From positions 6,004 to 70,003 of the forward strand of contig CALSAF010000002.1 of assembly GCA_943372805.1 (NCBI GenBank): a DNA stretch of 64,000 nt. Direction: 5' to 3'. Each line of letters begins with the position of its first letter. Within the stretch, counting starts at the first letter, position 1. Shown piece by piece: positions 48,529 to 58,367 of the stretch. A program made the translations under genes and the position numbers. Below the pieces are notes generated by a model. It was not told the origin of the DNA. It made no database searches and was given only the letters and a program-made list of their open reading frames with translations. The DNA is from Rhizobium sp. Q54 (GTDB lineage: Bacteria; Pseudomonadota; Alphaproteobacteria; Rhizobiales; Rhizobiaceae).

Positions 48529-48951
48529 TCAGCGAACCGAGACCGGAACTTCGGTCGAGGTGCGCAGCGCGTGGCTGTAGGGGCAGACGATGTGGGCGGC
48601 GGCGACCAGTTTTTCGGCCAGCGCGCGCTCCATGCCAGGGATTTCGGCGGAGATCTTCACATCGATCTCAAAACCGGTGCCATCGGCGCGCGGGCCAATG
48701 CCGACATCGGTGTAGATCTTCGTGTCAGCCGGGATCGTCACCTTTTCCTTGCCGGCGACGAATTTCAGCGCACCGAGGAAGCAGGCGGAATAGCCGGCTG
48801 CGAAGAGCTGTTCGGGATTGGTGCCGGTGGCGCCATCGCCGCCGAGTTCCTTCGGCGTGGTCAGTGTCACATCCAGGACGCCATTGTCGGATACGGCTTG
48901 GCCGCTGCGGCCGCCGGTGGCATGGGCGTGGGCTGTGTAAAGAATGGCCAT
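48529..48951 (-). CDS. ohr: Organic hydroperoxide resistance protein
   Basis: TNPEQLFAAGYSACF, AHIVCPYS. Confidence 0.96.
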   Translation of the reverse strand: MAILYTAHAHATGGRSGQAVSDNGVLDVTLTTPKELGGDGATGTNPEQLFAAGYSACFLGALKFVAGKEKVTIPADTKIYTDVGIGPRADGTGFEIDVKISAEIPGMERALAEKLVAAAHIVCPYSHALRTSTEVPVSVR

Positions 48952-48992
48952 GAGTGTTCTCCTTGTTTCGGTTGCGATGATCACTACATAGA

Positions 48993-49019
48993 GCACAATT
49001 GAATTGCGCGCAATTGATT
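48993..49019. promoter_or_regulatory. Putative OhrR operator
   Basis: GCACAATT-G-AATTGCGC plus overlapping CAATTG, similar to the ACAATT-N-AATTGT OhrR box. Confidence 0.65.
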
Positions 49020-49094
49020 TTTGCGCATTGCATCGTGGCGCAGATTTCGCCACAGTCGAAACAGATAGGACGCCTGCGGGATTTCTAAAAGACC

Positions 49095-49562
49095 ATGACC
49101 GATCACGACCTCGAAAAGGAGCTGCGGCTCGACAAGCAATTGTGCTTTGCGCTTTATGGCGCCGCACATGCCTTCACGCGCGCCTACAAGCCGCTTCTTT
49201 CGCCGCTTGGCCTGACCTATCCGCAATATGTGGTGATGATGGCCCTGTGGGAGGAAGATGATGTGGCGGTGAAGGCGCTGGGCGAGAAGGTCGGGCTTGA
49301 TTCCGGCACACTCTCGCCGCTTCTGAAACGGCTCGAACAGGTCGGCTATGTCTCGCGCCGCCGCGACTCGGCCGACGAGCGGCAGGTGTTCATCACGCTG
49401 ACCGCGCAAGGCCGGGCGCTCAAGACCCGCGCCGTCGACGTGCTGCGCGGCATCGGCAGCCAGACCGGATGCGACATTGGCGAGATCGAAAGCCTGCGCG
49501 ACAGCCTCACGCGGCTGAAGCGGCAGCTTGACGCCGTCAAGGGAACGAACGAGGAAGGCTGA
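49095..49562 (+). CDS. ohrR: OhrR (MarR family) regulator
   Basis: LDKQLCFALY (sensory Cys), GLTYPQY, LDSGTLSPLLKRLE; divergent from ohr. Confidence 0.93.
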   Translation: MTDHDLEKELRLDKQLCFALYGAAHAFTRAYKPLLSPLGLTYPQYVVMMALWEEDDVAVKALGEKVGLDSGTLSPLLKRLEQVGYVSRRRDSADERQVFITLTAQGRALKTRAVDVLRGIGSQTGCDIGEIESLRDSLTRLKRQLDAVKGTNEEG

Positions 49563-49611
49563 GAGGCTGGAAGTGGCATAGACTTCGGCACGAAGCCTGT
49601 CGCCTGCGACC

Positions 49612-50091
49612 TCAAAGAGGTGGAAGGCGGCGCTTGACCGAGGTTCCCTTGATGACGGCGGTGCTGGTGACCGCGTGTTCCGAAAGGGCTTCCAGAACAT
49701 CATCCATCTCTTCGATCGATTGGACGACAAGGCGCGCCAGAAAGGGATCGTCGCCGGTGATCTTGTCGCATTCGATGAATTCCGGCCGCTCCTGAATGAG
49801 CCTTTCGACCAGATGCAGCTTGCCCGGCAGCGGCCTGATGCGCACCATGGCCCGGATCTGATAGCCGATGGCGCGCGCATCGACGTCAAGGGTAAAGCCC
49901 CGGATGACGCCAGAAGCCTCCATCCGACGGACACGCTCCGACACACTTGGCGCCGACATGCCGACAAGGCGTGCGAGTTCGCTCATCGAAAGACGGGCAT
50001 CGGCATCGAGCGCCACGAGAATGCGGGCGTCGATGTCATCCAGCGTCGATTTTTCAATTTGAAGGCTCTTCGTCGCTTTTACTTTCGACAT
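49612..50091 (-). CDS. Lrp/AsnC family regulator (copy 1)
   Basis: LDDIDARIL..ELARLVGMSAPSVSERVRRME..GVIRGF. Confidence 0.92.
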   Translation of the reverse strand: MSKVKATKSLQIEKSTLDDIDARILVALDADARLSMSELARLVGMSAPSVSERVRRMEASGVIRGFTLDVDARAIGYQIRAMVRIRPLPGKLHLVERLIQERPEFIECDKITGDDPFLARLVVQSIEEMDDVLEALSEHAVTSTAVIKGTSVKRRLPPL

Positions 50092-50176
50092 CGAAAGCAG
50101 GATACGCAAACAGGCTTCGTCATTCCATATAAATCGGCGTAGCAGCGTCGCATGATGGTTCGAAAAGGAGACCATC

Positions 50177-50437
50177 ATGTTTCATGGGATCATTGCCGGG
50201 CTGACGACCTGCGCCTTATGGGGGCTGACCTTTGTCGCGCCCCGCACCGTCGCGCCGTTCAGCGCATGGGACCTGACCATGGCGCGATATGGCATCTTCG
50301 GATTGGCGTGCCTGCTGCTGATGGTCGACCGCCGCTTCCGGCCGATTGCGATGGCGCCCAAATCGGAATGCTTTATCAACTCCGGTGAAATGCTGGATCA
50401 ACAGCCGGTCAATGACAGGCTTCGTTCGCTTCTATAG
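50177..50437 (+). pseudogene. 5' fragment of an EamA/DMT transporter (paralog of 52321-53271)
   Basis: First ~61 codons match the intact copy; homology stops after GCGCCCA at 50360, followed by unrelated sequence and an early stop. Confidence 0.85.
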
Positions 50438-50676
50438 CCTTTCCCCAACCGGCGGTCGTTCCAGGCTTGCCGGAGCTGCCGGGGGTGCCGCACCAACACG
50501 ACTGCGCTGACCGTTGGGGGCGTCGCGGAGCCAGTCAAACGTCCTCGCGACGGAAGGAGACCTGGGGGCCTGAAACGGTTCTCGGCGACCTCCGGCTCCG
50601 TCGTCCATCCCGCCCCGGCCTCCCCAGGGAATGCCGATACCGTGCTGCAATGTTTCGCAGACGGCCAAAGAGAAGC

Positions 50677-51576
50677 ATGACGATGACCTCTTCGCCCTCC
50701 CCGCCCCGCCCGGTGCTCACAGCCGACCAGCCGATCCCAAGACAAGGGCTCGGACGCCGCCAGACGGCTCGCCTGGCCACATGGCTCGTGCCGCTTGCGC
50801 TGATGAGCAGCGCCTGCACCAGCGTGCCGCTGACTGAAAATGGCGGTCTGTCCTCCTACAGCCAGCTGGGAGAAACCACGGGAAAACTCACCAAGTCGCG
50901 CAGCTTTGCCGACAAGCCCGCACTCGAGGCGGCACGAACCGTGCGCATCATGCCAACCTCGTTCTCCTATGCAGCGGCGAGCCGGATCAAAAAGCCGGAG
51001 GACAGGGCGCTTGTCGCTCATGCCCTGGACCGGGCGCTTTGCGTGGCGCTCAGCGACCGCTACCAGATCGTGCCCCCGGACGCGCCGGCGGACCTCACGG
51101 TGCGCAACGTCGTTTCCGACATCGTGCCCACGGACAAGGTGATGGCAGGTGCCTCGACAGTCACCTCGCTTGGCACCAGCCTGGTGCTGCCGGTCAGCGT
51201 GCCGCGCCTGCCCTTCGGCCTTGGTGGCCTTGCCGTCGAGGGCGAGGTGCAGGATCCAACCGGCCAGCAGCGTGCAGCCTTTCTCTGGGCTAAAGGGGCC
51301 AATTCGATCACCAGCAGCCCGCGGCTGTCGGAGGTCGGGGATGCCTATGCGCTCGCCACGTCCTATGGCGACAGCTTCGCCAAGCTGATTATCAAGGGCA
51401 AGACACCGTCGTTGATGGACATCAGCCTTCCGTCGCAGCAGCGGATTCAGGCCTTCTTCGGCGGCAAACCGAAATATGCCGCCTGCGAAAACTTTGGCCG
51501 CGCCCCCGGCGTGCCGGGTCTCGTCGCCGGCATGGTCGGCGCACCGCCGGAATGGACCGACAAGGGTGCCCGATGA
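50677..51576 (+). CDS. DUF3313-like lipoprotein
   Basis: Lipobox-like MSSAC; GGLSSYSQL, DRALCVALS, GGLAVEGE; family label tentative. Confidence 0.75.
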   Translation: MTMTSSPSPPRPVLTADQPIPRQGLGRRQTARLATWLVPLALMSSACTSVPLTENGGLSSYSQLGETTGKLTKSRSFADKPALEAARTVRIMPTSFSYAAASRIKKPEDRALVAHALDRALCVALSDRYQIVPPDAPADLTVRNVVSDIVPTDKVMAGASTVTSLGTSLVLPVSVPRLPFGLGGLAVEGEVQDPTGQQRAAFLWAKGANSITSSPRLSEVGDAYALATSYGDSFAKLIIKGKTPSLMDISLPSQQRIQAFFGGKPKYAACENFGRAPGVPGLVAGMVGAPPEWTDKGAR

Positions 51577-51755
51577 GGGGCTGACCGCAGCTGCTTCTGC
51601 GGTATCCGTCCCGCCACTGCGGTGGGGCGGATGCCGGCTTTTCCATCCACCTTCTCGAGGTTTCGGTACGCCGGGGCCTTCCGCCAAAACAGAAACCGAC
51701 GGCCCTGGGACCGGGCGTCAATCAACATCTGACTTGGCCGAGACCTCAACGCCTC

Positions 51756-52235
51756 CTACAGAGGCGGAAGGCGGCGTTTGACAGATGTTCCCTTGATCAC
51801 CGCGGTGCTCGTCACCGCATGCTCCGACAGAGCTTCCAGCACGTCATCCATCTGCTCGATCGACTGCACGACGAGGCGTGCCAGAAAGGGGTCGTCGCCG
51901 GTGACCTTGTCACACTCGATGAATTCCGGCCGTTCCTGGATTAGCCTTTCGACCAGATGAAGCTTGCCCGGCAGGGGTCTGATCCGCACCATGGCACGGA
52001 TCTGATAACCCATGGCGCGCGGATCGACGTCTATCGTAAAACCTCGGATCACGCCGGTCGCCTGCATCCGGCGGACGCGCTCCGATACGCTCGGCGGTGA
52101 CATGCCGACCAGCCGTGCGAGTTCACTCATGGAGAGACGGGCATTGGCATCGAGCGCCACAAGAATGCGGGCGTCGACATCATCCAGATCCGGATTTTCA
52201 ATTCGAAGGTCTTTGGCTGGTTTTGCTTTGGGCAT
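51756..52235 (-). CDS. Lrp/AsnC family regulator (copy 2)
   Basis: Near-identical protein to 49612-50091. Confidence 0.92.
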   Translation of the reverse strand: MPKAKPAKDLRIENPDLDDVDARILVALDANARLSMSELARLVGMSPPSVSERVRRMQATGVIRGFTIDVDPRAMGYQIRAMVRIRPLPGKLHLVERLIQERPEFIECDKVTGDDPFLARLVVQSIEQMDDVLEALSEHAVTSTAVIKGTSVKRRLPPL

Positions 52236-52320
52236 GAAAGGCAGAATAGGCGAAGCGGCTTCGTTGTTCCATATAAATCGCAGCAGCGGCACCGCATGAT
52301 GGTCTCAAAAGGAGATCATC

Positions 52321-53271
52321 ATGTTTTACGGAATCATTGCCGGCCTGACGACCTGCGCCTTGTGGGGACTGACCTTTGTCGCGCCCCGAGCGGTAGCGCC
52401 CTTCAGCACCTGGGACCTGACCATCGCGCGTTACGGTATTTTTGGCCTGGCATGCCTGTTGCTGATGGTCGATCAGCGGTTCCGTCCGGTTGCCATTGCG
52501 CCCAGACGCATGATCATCGGGATCACGCTCGGAGGAGTCGGCTATGTCGGCTATTTCGTCTTTGCGGCACTCGCCGTGCAGCTTTCGGGCGCGGCAATAC
52601 CGCCCGTCATCATCGGGACCATGCCGGTCGCTCTGGCAATCATAGCCAATCTCCGAGATCGCTCCGTCGCATGGTCGAGGCTTGTTTTGCCCCTGGCGCT
52701 GATTGCGCTCGGCGTCGCGATCGTGAATGTCACGACATTGCAATCCGCAGACAGTGCCGGAGCGGCTTCGGCGACGTGGGGCATCCTGTCGAGCGTGGCC
52801 GCACTTGCTGTCTGGATCGTCTACGGACTGGTCAACTCAACCGTCATGCGCGCGCCCGATGCGCCCGATGGACTTCGTTGGACGGGGGTGCAGGGGATCG
52901 GGGCAGCAATGGGCAGTCTCGCGCTCCTGCCCCTCGCATCCTTCGACCTTGCGCAGACCGCATCCGGCCCAGAGATCCTGCGCTTTGCCGGCTGGGCGTT
53001 GCTGATGGGGCTCGCGGGCTCCTGGCTTGCAACATGGTGCTGGGCGCTCGCGTCCAGCCGGCTGCCGCTGGCGCTGGCTGCGCAATTGATCGTTGCCGAG
53101 ACGGTATTCGGCCTCGTCTACGGCTTCTGGTTCGAGGGCCGGTTGCCGACGGCGTCGGAAGGCCTGGGTGCGGCGCTCCAAGTCGGCGGCGTCAGCCTGG
53201 CGATCACCGCTTTCCATGCCAGGGGGTGCCCTCCCCGGTCGGCGCAAGCATCCAGGAAAGGCTTGGCATGA
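52321..53271 (+). CDS. EamA/DMT family transporter
   Basis: About 10 TM; CALWGLTFVAP, QLIVAETVFG. Confidence 0.9.
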   Translation: MFYGIIAGLTTCALWGLTFVAPRAVAPFSTWDLTIARYGIFGLACLLLMVDQRFRPVAIAPRRMIIGITLGGVGYVGYFVFAALAVQLSGAAIPPVIIGTMPVALAIIANLRDRSVAWSRLVLPLALIALGVAIVNVTTLQSADSAGAASATWGILSSVAALAVWIVYGLVNSTVMRAPDAPDGLRWTGVQGIGAAMGSLALLPLASFDLAQTASGPEILRFAGWALLMGLAGSWLATWCWALASSRLPLALAAQLIVAETVFGLVYGFWFEGRLPTASEGLGAALQVGGVSLAITAFHARGCPPRSAQASRKGLA

Positions 53272-53280
53272 CCCGGGCAG

Positions 53281-53988
53281 TTACTGCCGGACGACGATCC
53301 GTGCCTTGGTCGGCACGCGCTCGTAGAGGTCGATGATGTCCTGGTTCATCAGGCGCACGCAGCCGGAGGAAACGGCCTTGCCGATCGAATTCCATTCCGG
53401 ATTGCCGTGCAGGCGGTAGAGCGTGTCTTCCCCGTTCTGGAAGATGTAGAGCGCACGCGCGCCGAGCGGATTGTCGATGCCGCCCGGCTTTCCGCCGTTG
53501 CGGACGGAGTATTTCTCGAGTTCCGGCTGGCGGGCGATCATTTCGTCCGGCGGGGTCCATTTCGGCCATTTCTGGCGCCACTGGATGACGCCCGCGCCAC
53601 CCCAGGCGAAGCCGTCGCGGCCAATCCCGACACCATAGCGCATGGCAGTGCCGCCGTGCTCGACGAGGTAGAGGAAGCGGTTCGGCGTGTCGACGACGAC
53701 AGTGCCCGGGGCCTCGCCGGTGGGATCGATGACCTGCTGGCGATAGAAGCGCTCGGGGATCTTCCAATAGGGAACGGCGGGGATGACGAAGCCACCGTCA
53801 TAGATCTCGCCATACATGGCGTCGAGTTCAGGCGTGCGGCCGGTCGGGGCCGCCGGCACGACCGGACCCTCGAGGCGGGCGCCTGACGGAAGCGGGCGGG
53901 ACGTGGTGCAGCTGGCGAGCAGGGAGGCCGCGCCGAGACCTGTCAGCGACAGGAGCGAGCGGCGGGTCAGATGCGGTGTAGAGGACAT
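53281..53988 (-). CDS. L,D-transpeptidase (YkuD/ErfK family), Tat-lipoprotein signal
   Basis: TRRSLL..LASC; YRLHGNPEWNSIGKAVSSGCVRL. Confidence 0.95.
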   Translation of the reverse strand: MSSTPHLTRRSLLSLTGLGAASLLASCTTSRPLPSGARLEGPVVPAAPTGRTPELDAMYGEIYDGGFVIPAVPYWKIPERFYRQQVIDPTGEAPGTVVVDTPNRFLYLVEHGGTAMRYGVGIGRDGFAWGGAGVIQWRQKWPKWTPPDEMIARQPELEKYSVRNGGKPGGIDNPLGARALYIFQNGEDTLYRLHGNPEWNSIGKAVSSGCVRLMNQDIIDLYERVPTKARIVVRQ

Positions 53989-54145
53989 GAAGGTATCGGT
54001 TTCCTATGGCAATGCTGCGGAGGAAGACGCTGGGAGGTGCGCTTTGTTCCGCGATGATGCGATGCAAACAGGAAAGGTTCAATTAAAGCAACGCTGCCCC
54101 CCTTTCACGTTTTGGAGAGAGGGGCACCGTCGCAAACGGGTGTCG

Positions 54146-54973
54146 CTAAATGACAACAATCGGGGTGTTGTCTGGCACACGCTCGAAGAGATCGATGACA
54201 TCCTGGTTGAACATGCGCACACAGCCCGAAGACGTTGCCTTGCCGACCGACTGCCAGTCCGGCGTGCCGTGGACGCGGTAAAGCGTGTCCTTGCCGTTCT
54301 GATAGATATAGAGCGCGCGGGCGCCGAGCGGATTGTTGAGGCCGGCAACGAGACCGCCGCGCTCTGCCGACACGGGGCGCAGGTTTGGGTTTTTCTCGAC
54401 CATCTCGTCGGTCGGCGTCCAGTGCGGCCACTTGGCCTTGCGCTGGATGACGCCCCGGCCCGACCAGGCATAACCATCGCGACCGAGGCCGACGCCGTAG
54501 CGGATCGCCTTGCCATTGGCCTGCACGAGATAGAGGTAATGCGCCTTGGTATCGACGACGATGGTGCCCGGGGCCTCCGTCGTCTGGTAGCTCACCTCCT
54601 GGCGCAGCATGTCGGAACGCACCCGGTCGAGCGGGATCGCCGGCAGGGTGTGCCCCTCGTCGACCATCAGGCCATAGATTGTCCTGTGCAGCGGATTGGA
54701 GACCGGCAGGCCATAGGTCTGATGAAACTGCGTCTGGTAGAGGCTGCGCTTCTGCGGCGCGGCCTGATCGGCGGCCGGCGGCGTGCGAGCCGGATCATAC
54801 CACACGGGGGCCACCTCATCCTGGAAGACATCGATGTTCATGCGGCTGGTGTCGGTCATCAGGATGCAGCCCGAGAGAGAGCCGACAAGCGCCGTCCCGA
54901 GCCCGAGCGACAGCATGCGCTTCGACAGGAGAAAGGCCGTGGCGCCCGGACCGGACGAGGGAGACTGGGACAT
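54146..54973 (-). CDS. L,D-transpeptidase (YkuD/ErfK family), lipoprotein
   Basis: LSGC lipobox; YRVHGTPDWQSVGKATSSGCVRM; start uncertain. Confidence 0.93.
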   Translation of the reverse strand: MSQSPSSGPGATAFLLSKRMLSLGLGTALVGSLSGCILMTDTSRMNIDVFQDEVAPVWYDPARTPPAADQAAPQKRSLYQTQFHQTYGLPVSNPLHRTIYGLMVDEGHTLPAIPLDRVRSDMLRQEVSYQTTEAPGTIVVDTKAHYLYLVQANGKAIRYGVGLGRDGYAWSGRGVIQRKAKWPHWTPTDEMVEKNPNLRPVSAERGGLVAGLNNPLGARALYIYQNGKDTLYRVHGTPDWQSVGKATSSGCVRMFNQDVIDLFERVPDNTPIVVI

Positions 54974-55257
54974 GCTGCACCGATTCACTGACATCGTTGC
55001 AGCCACCCTGTCAGCCGCGGCTGGCGCGAAGCTTATGGCAAGAAGCGCCTGATCACGTCGTGTTAGCGCGATCATTTTTGGATTCGAATTCGCCGCCTGT
55101 CGAGCCGTTACTGGATTAGTCCTTCATTTCATTCGCGAATTCTCACTCAACTTAAAAATACATGACCTCCGGTCCATACACCGTGGTTAACTTTCTTTAA
55201 AGAAAATTGCTCAACTCATAAGTACATCATGGCAATACTTCCAAGAGGGAAATTAAA

Positions 55258-57480
55258 ATGATGAACAACATTTACATAGGCAATAAAATATACATCGGAT
55301 TCGGGCTGGTTTTGTCGATTCTGACAGTATTCGCCGGGATCTCGATCCACTCCAACCTGACCAATGCGGGCTACTTCAGCGAATATCGGAGTGCGGCACG
55401 GCTGACGAATGAGTCCGGCCGAATCCAGGCCAACATGCTGGAGGCTCGACTGTCGTTTCTCAAATACAGAACCTCCCAGACCGAGGAGTTGCATCAGGAA
55501 GTGCTGAGCCGTCTCGCAACCACACGGCAGTCCATTGATGCGACGGCAGGCATGGTTGAAACCGATCAGGAGCGCACGTCGATCCAGGGCTTCCTGACCC
55601 AGGTGGAGGCCTATGAAGAAGGCTTCAAGAAAGTCTCCGCATATCAGGCGCAGCGCGCTGCTCTGGTGACGGAGACGCTTAATCCTCTCGGCTCGGCAAT
55701 AGCCGAAGAACTCTCCGCAATCAGCGAGGCTTTCGCCGATGCGGGCAATACCGAAGCCGCTCTTGCCGCCAGCCGGATGCAGTATCAGATGGCCAACCTG
55801 CGCCTGTCCGCCAACAAGTTTCTTCTCGACAACAACGAGGCCAACTACACTGCCGCGACGGAATCCGCCGGCAGGGTTTCGGAGGAGGCCACCAAGGTCG
55901 CCGCCCTGATCATCGATGCCTCGCGCGCCGAACGCTTCAAGGCGATCACTGCTGATGTTGCCACCTATGTCGAAGCCTTTGGCAAGGTGCATGGCGTCGT
56001 TACCGAGCGCAATGCCGTGATTGCCGGGACGATGGATGTCGCCGGCCCCGCCGTGACCAGCGCTGTGGAAGACCTCAAGCTCGGACTGAAGAAGGAGCAG
56101 GACACGCTTGGCCCGATGATCGCGGCAACCATGGACGGTTCCGTCACGACGGCTGTCAGCATCGGCGTCGTGGGCATAATGCTAGCGCTGACAATCGCCT
56201 TCCTGATTGCCCGCAGCATCACCAAACCGATCGGGCAGATCACCGGCGCCATGGGTGCGCTCGCCGCCAACAAGCTGGAGACCGAGATCCCCAGCCTCGA
56301 CCACAGAAGCGAGATCGGCCTGATGGCCAAGGCGGTCGATGTGTTCAAGCAGAATGCCATCAAGATCCGCGATCTCGCGGCCCAGGAGGCGGCGCTGCAG
56401 GAAAAGAATGCCGACCTGCAGTCCAACATCGCGACCGTGGTGGATGCCGCCGTTGCCGGCGATTTCACCCGCCGGATCACAAAGCATTACGACAATCCGG
56501 ACCTCGACCAGTTTGCCGCGAATGTGAACACCCTGGTTCAATCGGTCGATACGGGTATCGCCGAGACCAGGCGCGTGATCTCGGCCCTGGCGCAGGGCGA
56601 CCTGACGGAAAGCATGGATGGCCGCTATCAGGGCGTGTTTGCCGAACTGCAGACCAACATGAACGAGACCATGGGCACGCTGCGCACGCTGATGCAGGAG
56701 GTGCGCCAGTCCGCCGACGTAATCAATGGCGGTGCGGACGAAATCCGTCAGGCGTCGAACGACCTGTCGAAGCGCACCGAAACCCAGGCTGCCTCGCTGG
56801 AGGAAACATCTTCGGCGCTGGAGGAGATCACGGTCGCGGTAAAGACCTCGACGGAGCGGGCGCAGGATTCGAGCCGCATGGTGACCGAGGCGCGGCAGTT
56901 CGCCGAGGCCTCGTCGAGCGTGGTGGGCGACGCCACCTCCGCTATGAGCCGGATCGAACAGGCCTCGAACGAGATCACCCAGATCATCAACGTGATCGAC
57001 GAGATCGCCTTCCAGACCAACCTGCTGGCGCTGAATGCCGGGGTCGAGGCCGCGCGTGCCGGTGAAGCCGGCAAGGGCTTTGCGGTCGTTGCCCAGGAAG
57101 TCCGTGAACTCGCCCAACGTTCGGCGACCGCCGCCAAGGACATCAAGGCGCTGATTACCAAGTCGTCGCACGAGGTAGAGACCGGGGTGAAGCTCGTCAC
57201 CTCAACCGGCCAGGCGCTTCGGGAGATCCAGGTCAAGGTCGTCGGCATCGCAAGCCAGGTGACCTCGATCGCGACCGCCGCCCAGGAGCAGTCGACCGGC
57301 CTTTCGGAGGTCAACATGGCCGTCAACCAGATGGACCAGATGACACAGCAGAACGCCGCCATGGTCGAGGAAGCTGCCGCCAGCACCTCCCGCCTGGCCG
57401 ACGAAACGGCGCATCTGAAGGCACTGATCGCCCGCTTCAAGGTGCATAGGGAGGGTGGCGCCCAGCGCTATGCTGCCTGA
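55258..57480 (+). CDS. Methyl-accepting chemotaxis protein (large helical periplasmic sensor, HAMP, MA)
   Basis: Two TM; [40 protein letters not shown]. Confidence 0.96.
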   Translation: MMNNIYIGNKIYIGFGLVLSILTVFAGISIHSNLTNAGYFSEYRSAARLTNESGRIQANMLEARLSFLKYRTSQTEELHQEVLSRLATTRQSIDATAGMVETDQERTSIQGFLTQVEAYEEGFKKVSAYQAQRAALVTETLNPLGSAIAEELSAISEAFADAGNTEAALAASRMQYQMANLRLSANKFLLDNNEANYTAATESAGRVSEEATKVAALIIDASRAERFKAITADVATYVEAFGKVHGVVTERNAVIAGTMDVAGPAVTSAVEDLKLGLKKEQDTLGPMIAATMDGSVTTAVSIGVVGIMLALTIAFLIARSITKPIGQITGAMGALAANKLETEIPSLDHRSEIGLMAKAVDVFKQNAIKIRDLAAQEAALQEKNADLQSNIATVVDAAVAGDFTRRITKHYDNPDLDQFAANVNTLVQSVDTGIAETRRVISALAQGDLTESMDGRYQGVFAELQTNMNETMGTLRTLMQEVRQSADVINGGADEIRQASNDLSKRTETQAASLEETSSALEEITVAVKTSTERAQDSSRMVTEARQFAEASSSVVGDATSAMSRIEQASNEITQIINVIDEIAFQTNLLALNAGVEAARAGEAGKGFAVVAQEVRELAQRSATAAKDIKALITKSSHEVETGVKLVTSTGQALREIQVKVVGIASQVTSIATAAQEQSTGLSEVNMAVNQMDQMTQQNAAMVEEAAASTSRLADETAHLKALIARFKVHREGGAQRYAA

Positions 57481-57496
57481 GGCTTCCGAAGATCAA

Positions 57497-57527
57497 AGCC
57501 CCCGGTCGCGCTGCGGTCGGGGGCTTC
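57497..57527. terminator. Hairpin downstream of MCP
   Basis: AAGCCCCCG-GTCGCGCTGCGGT-CGGGGGCTT. Confidence 0.6.
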
Positions 57528-57583
57528 CCATGCAGCAAGGTTTTGCGCAAGCGCGCAAGACACGGCGCATCACACGCTTGGTA

Positions 57584-58231
57584 TCAAGCCGAGACAATGT
57601 CCAGCAATTCGTTGATCTGGTCCCTCTGCGCGTCTTCCACGCTAGCACTCTGGCCCGGCGCCGGCTTGTTCAACAGTTCGAGGACCTGATCGATGAAGCT
57701 GTCAGTGCCGGGTGAGATGTTGTAAGCCGCCAGTATGGCGCCGACGTTCTCTGAGGTCAGCTCTCCCTCAAAGTAACCTTCGGCTCGACACATCATGATG
57801 TCAGAAATGAAATCGAACGCTTGTTCAACTGATGATTGATCGGCTGCTGCCGGCGGAAAGCCGTCGTCATCCAGCACTACGGGATGGTCCCCTAGTATGA
57901 GAAGGTTGTAGCCCGTCAACTGCTTGAACAACTGGACGTCCGATTCAGATGGCAATATCCAGCCTTCGGTCCCGATGAGGCTGAAGCTGTCGCCATTCAG
58001 TTCCGTGATGATTGCATGCGCTGCGAAGGTCTTTGCGGTCCGTGTGTCGGCACCTATGTTGTACTCATAGCTGCCGTCCTCATTTTCAGTGATGCTGGCA
58101 TTGATCGCGGGGTCTTTGCGCAGATTTTCGAGCATCTGCTCCAGATCTGGCCTCTCTTCTGACGCTGCGGCGCTGGCCGGCTTCGCGCCGGCCGAGTAGG
58201 ACGATGAACTATAGGCGGATTGTATCTGCAT
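57584..58231 (-). CDS. Hypothetical acidic protein with Ser/Ala-rich N-terminus
   Basis: GAGG RBS; 215-aa ORF, somewhat lower GC than flanks. Confidence 0.7.
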   Translation of the reverse strand: MQIQSAYSSSSYSAGAKPASAAASEERPDLEQMLENLRKDPAINASITENEDGSYEYNIGADTRTAKTFAAHAIITELNGDSFSLIGTEGWILPSESDVQLFKQLTGYNLLILGDHPVVLDDDGFPPAAADQSSVEQAFDFISDIMMCRAEGYFEGELTSENVGAILAAYNISPGTDSFIDQVLELLNKPAPGQSASVEDAQRDQINELLDIVSA

Positions 58232-58367
58232 AATTGAAACCTCGAAGCTAAAAGGACTTGCGCGAATTCAGTCGATTTATGCAGCATAAGGTTGCGCGCT
58301 TGCGCGAGGCGTTTGGTGATTTCCTCCAGATGCCAGGGACTACGAGAAGTCAGTCCGCGCTCAAACT

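Noticed and set aside
50395-50440. AATGACAGGCTT and CAGCCGGTCAAT near the eamA breakpoint as half-sites
   Set aside because: No paired arm or correct spacer; too weak to count.
14283-50473. Shared 13-mer TCCAGGCTTGCCG at ~14283 and ~50460
   Set aside because: Matches of this length are expected by chance in 64 kb of GC-rich sequence.
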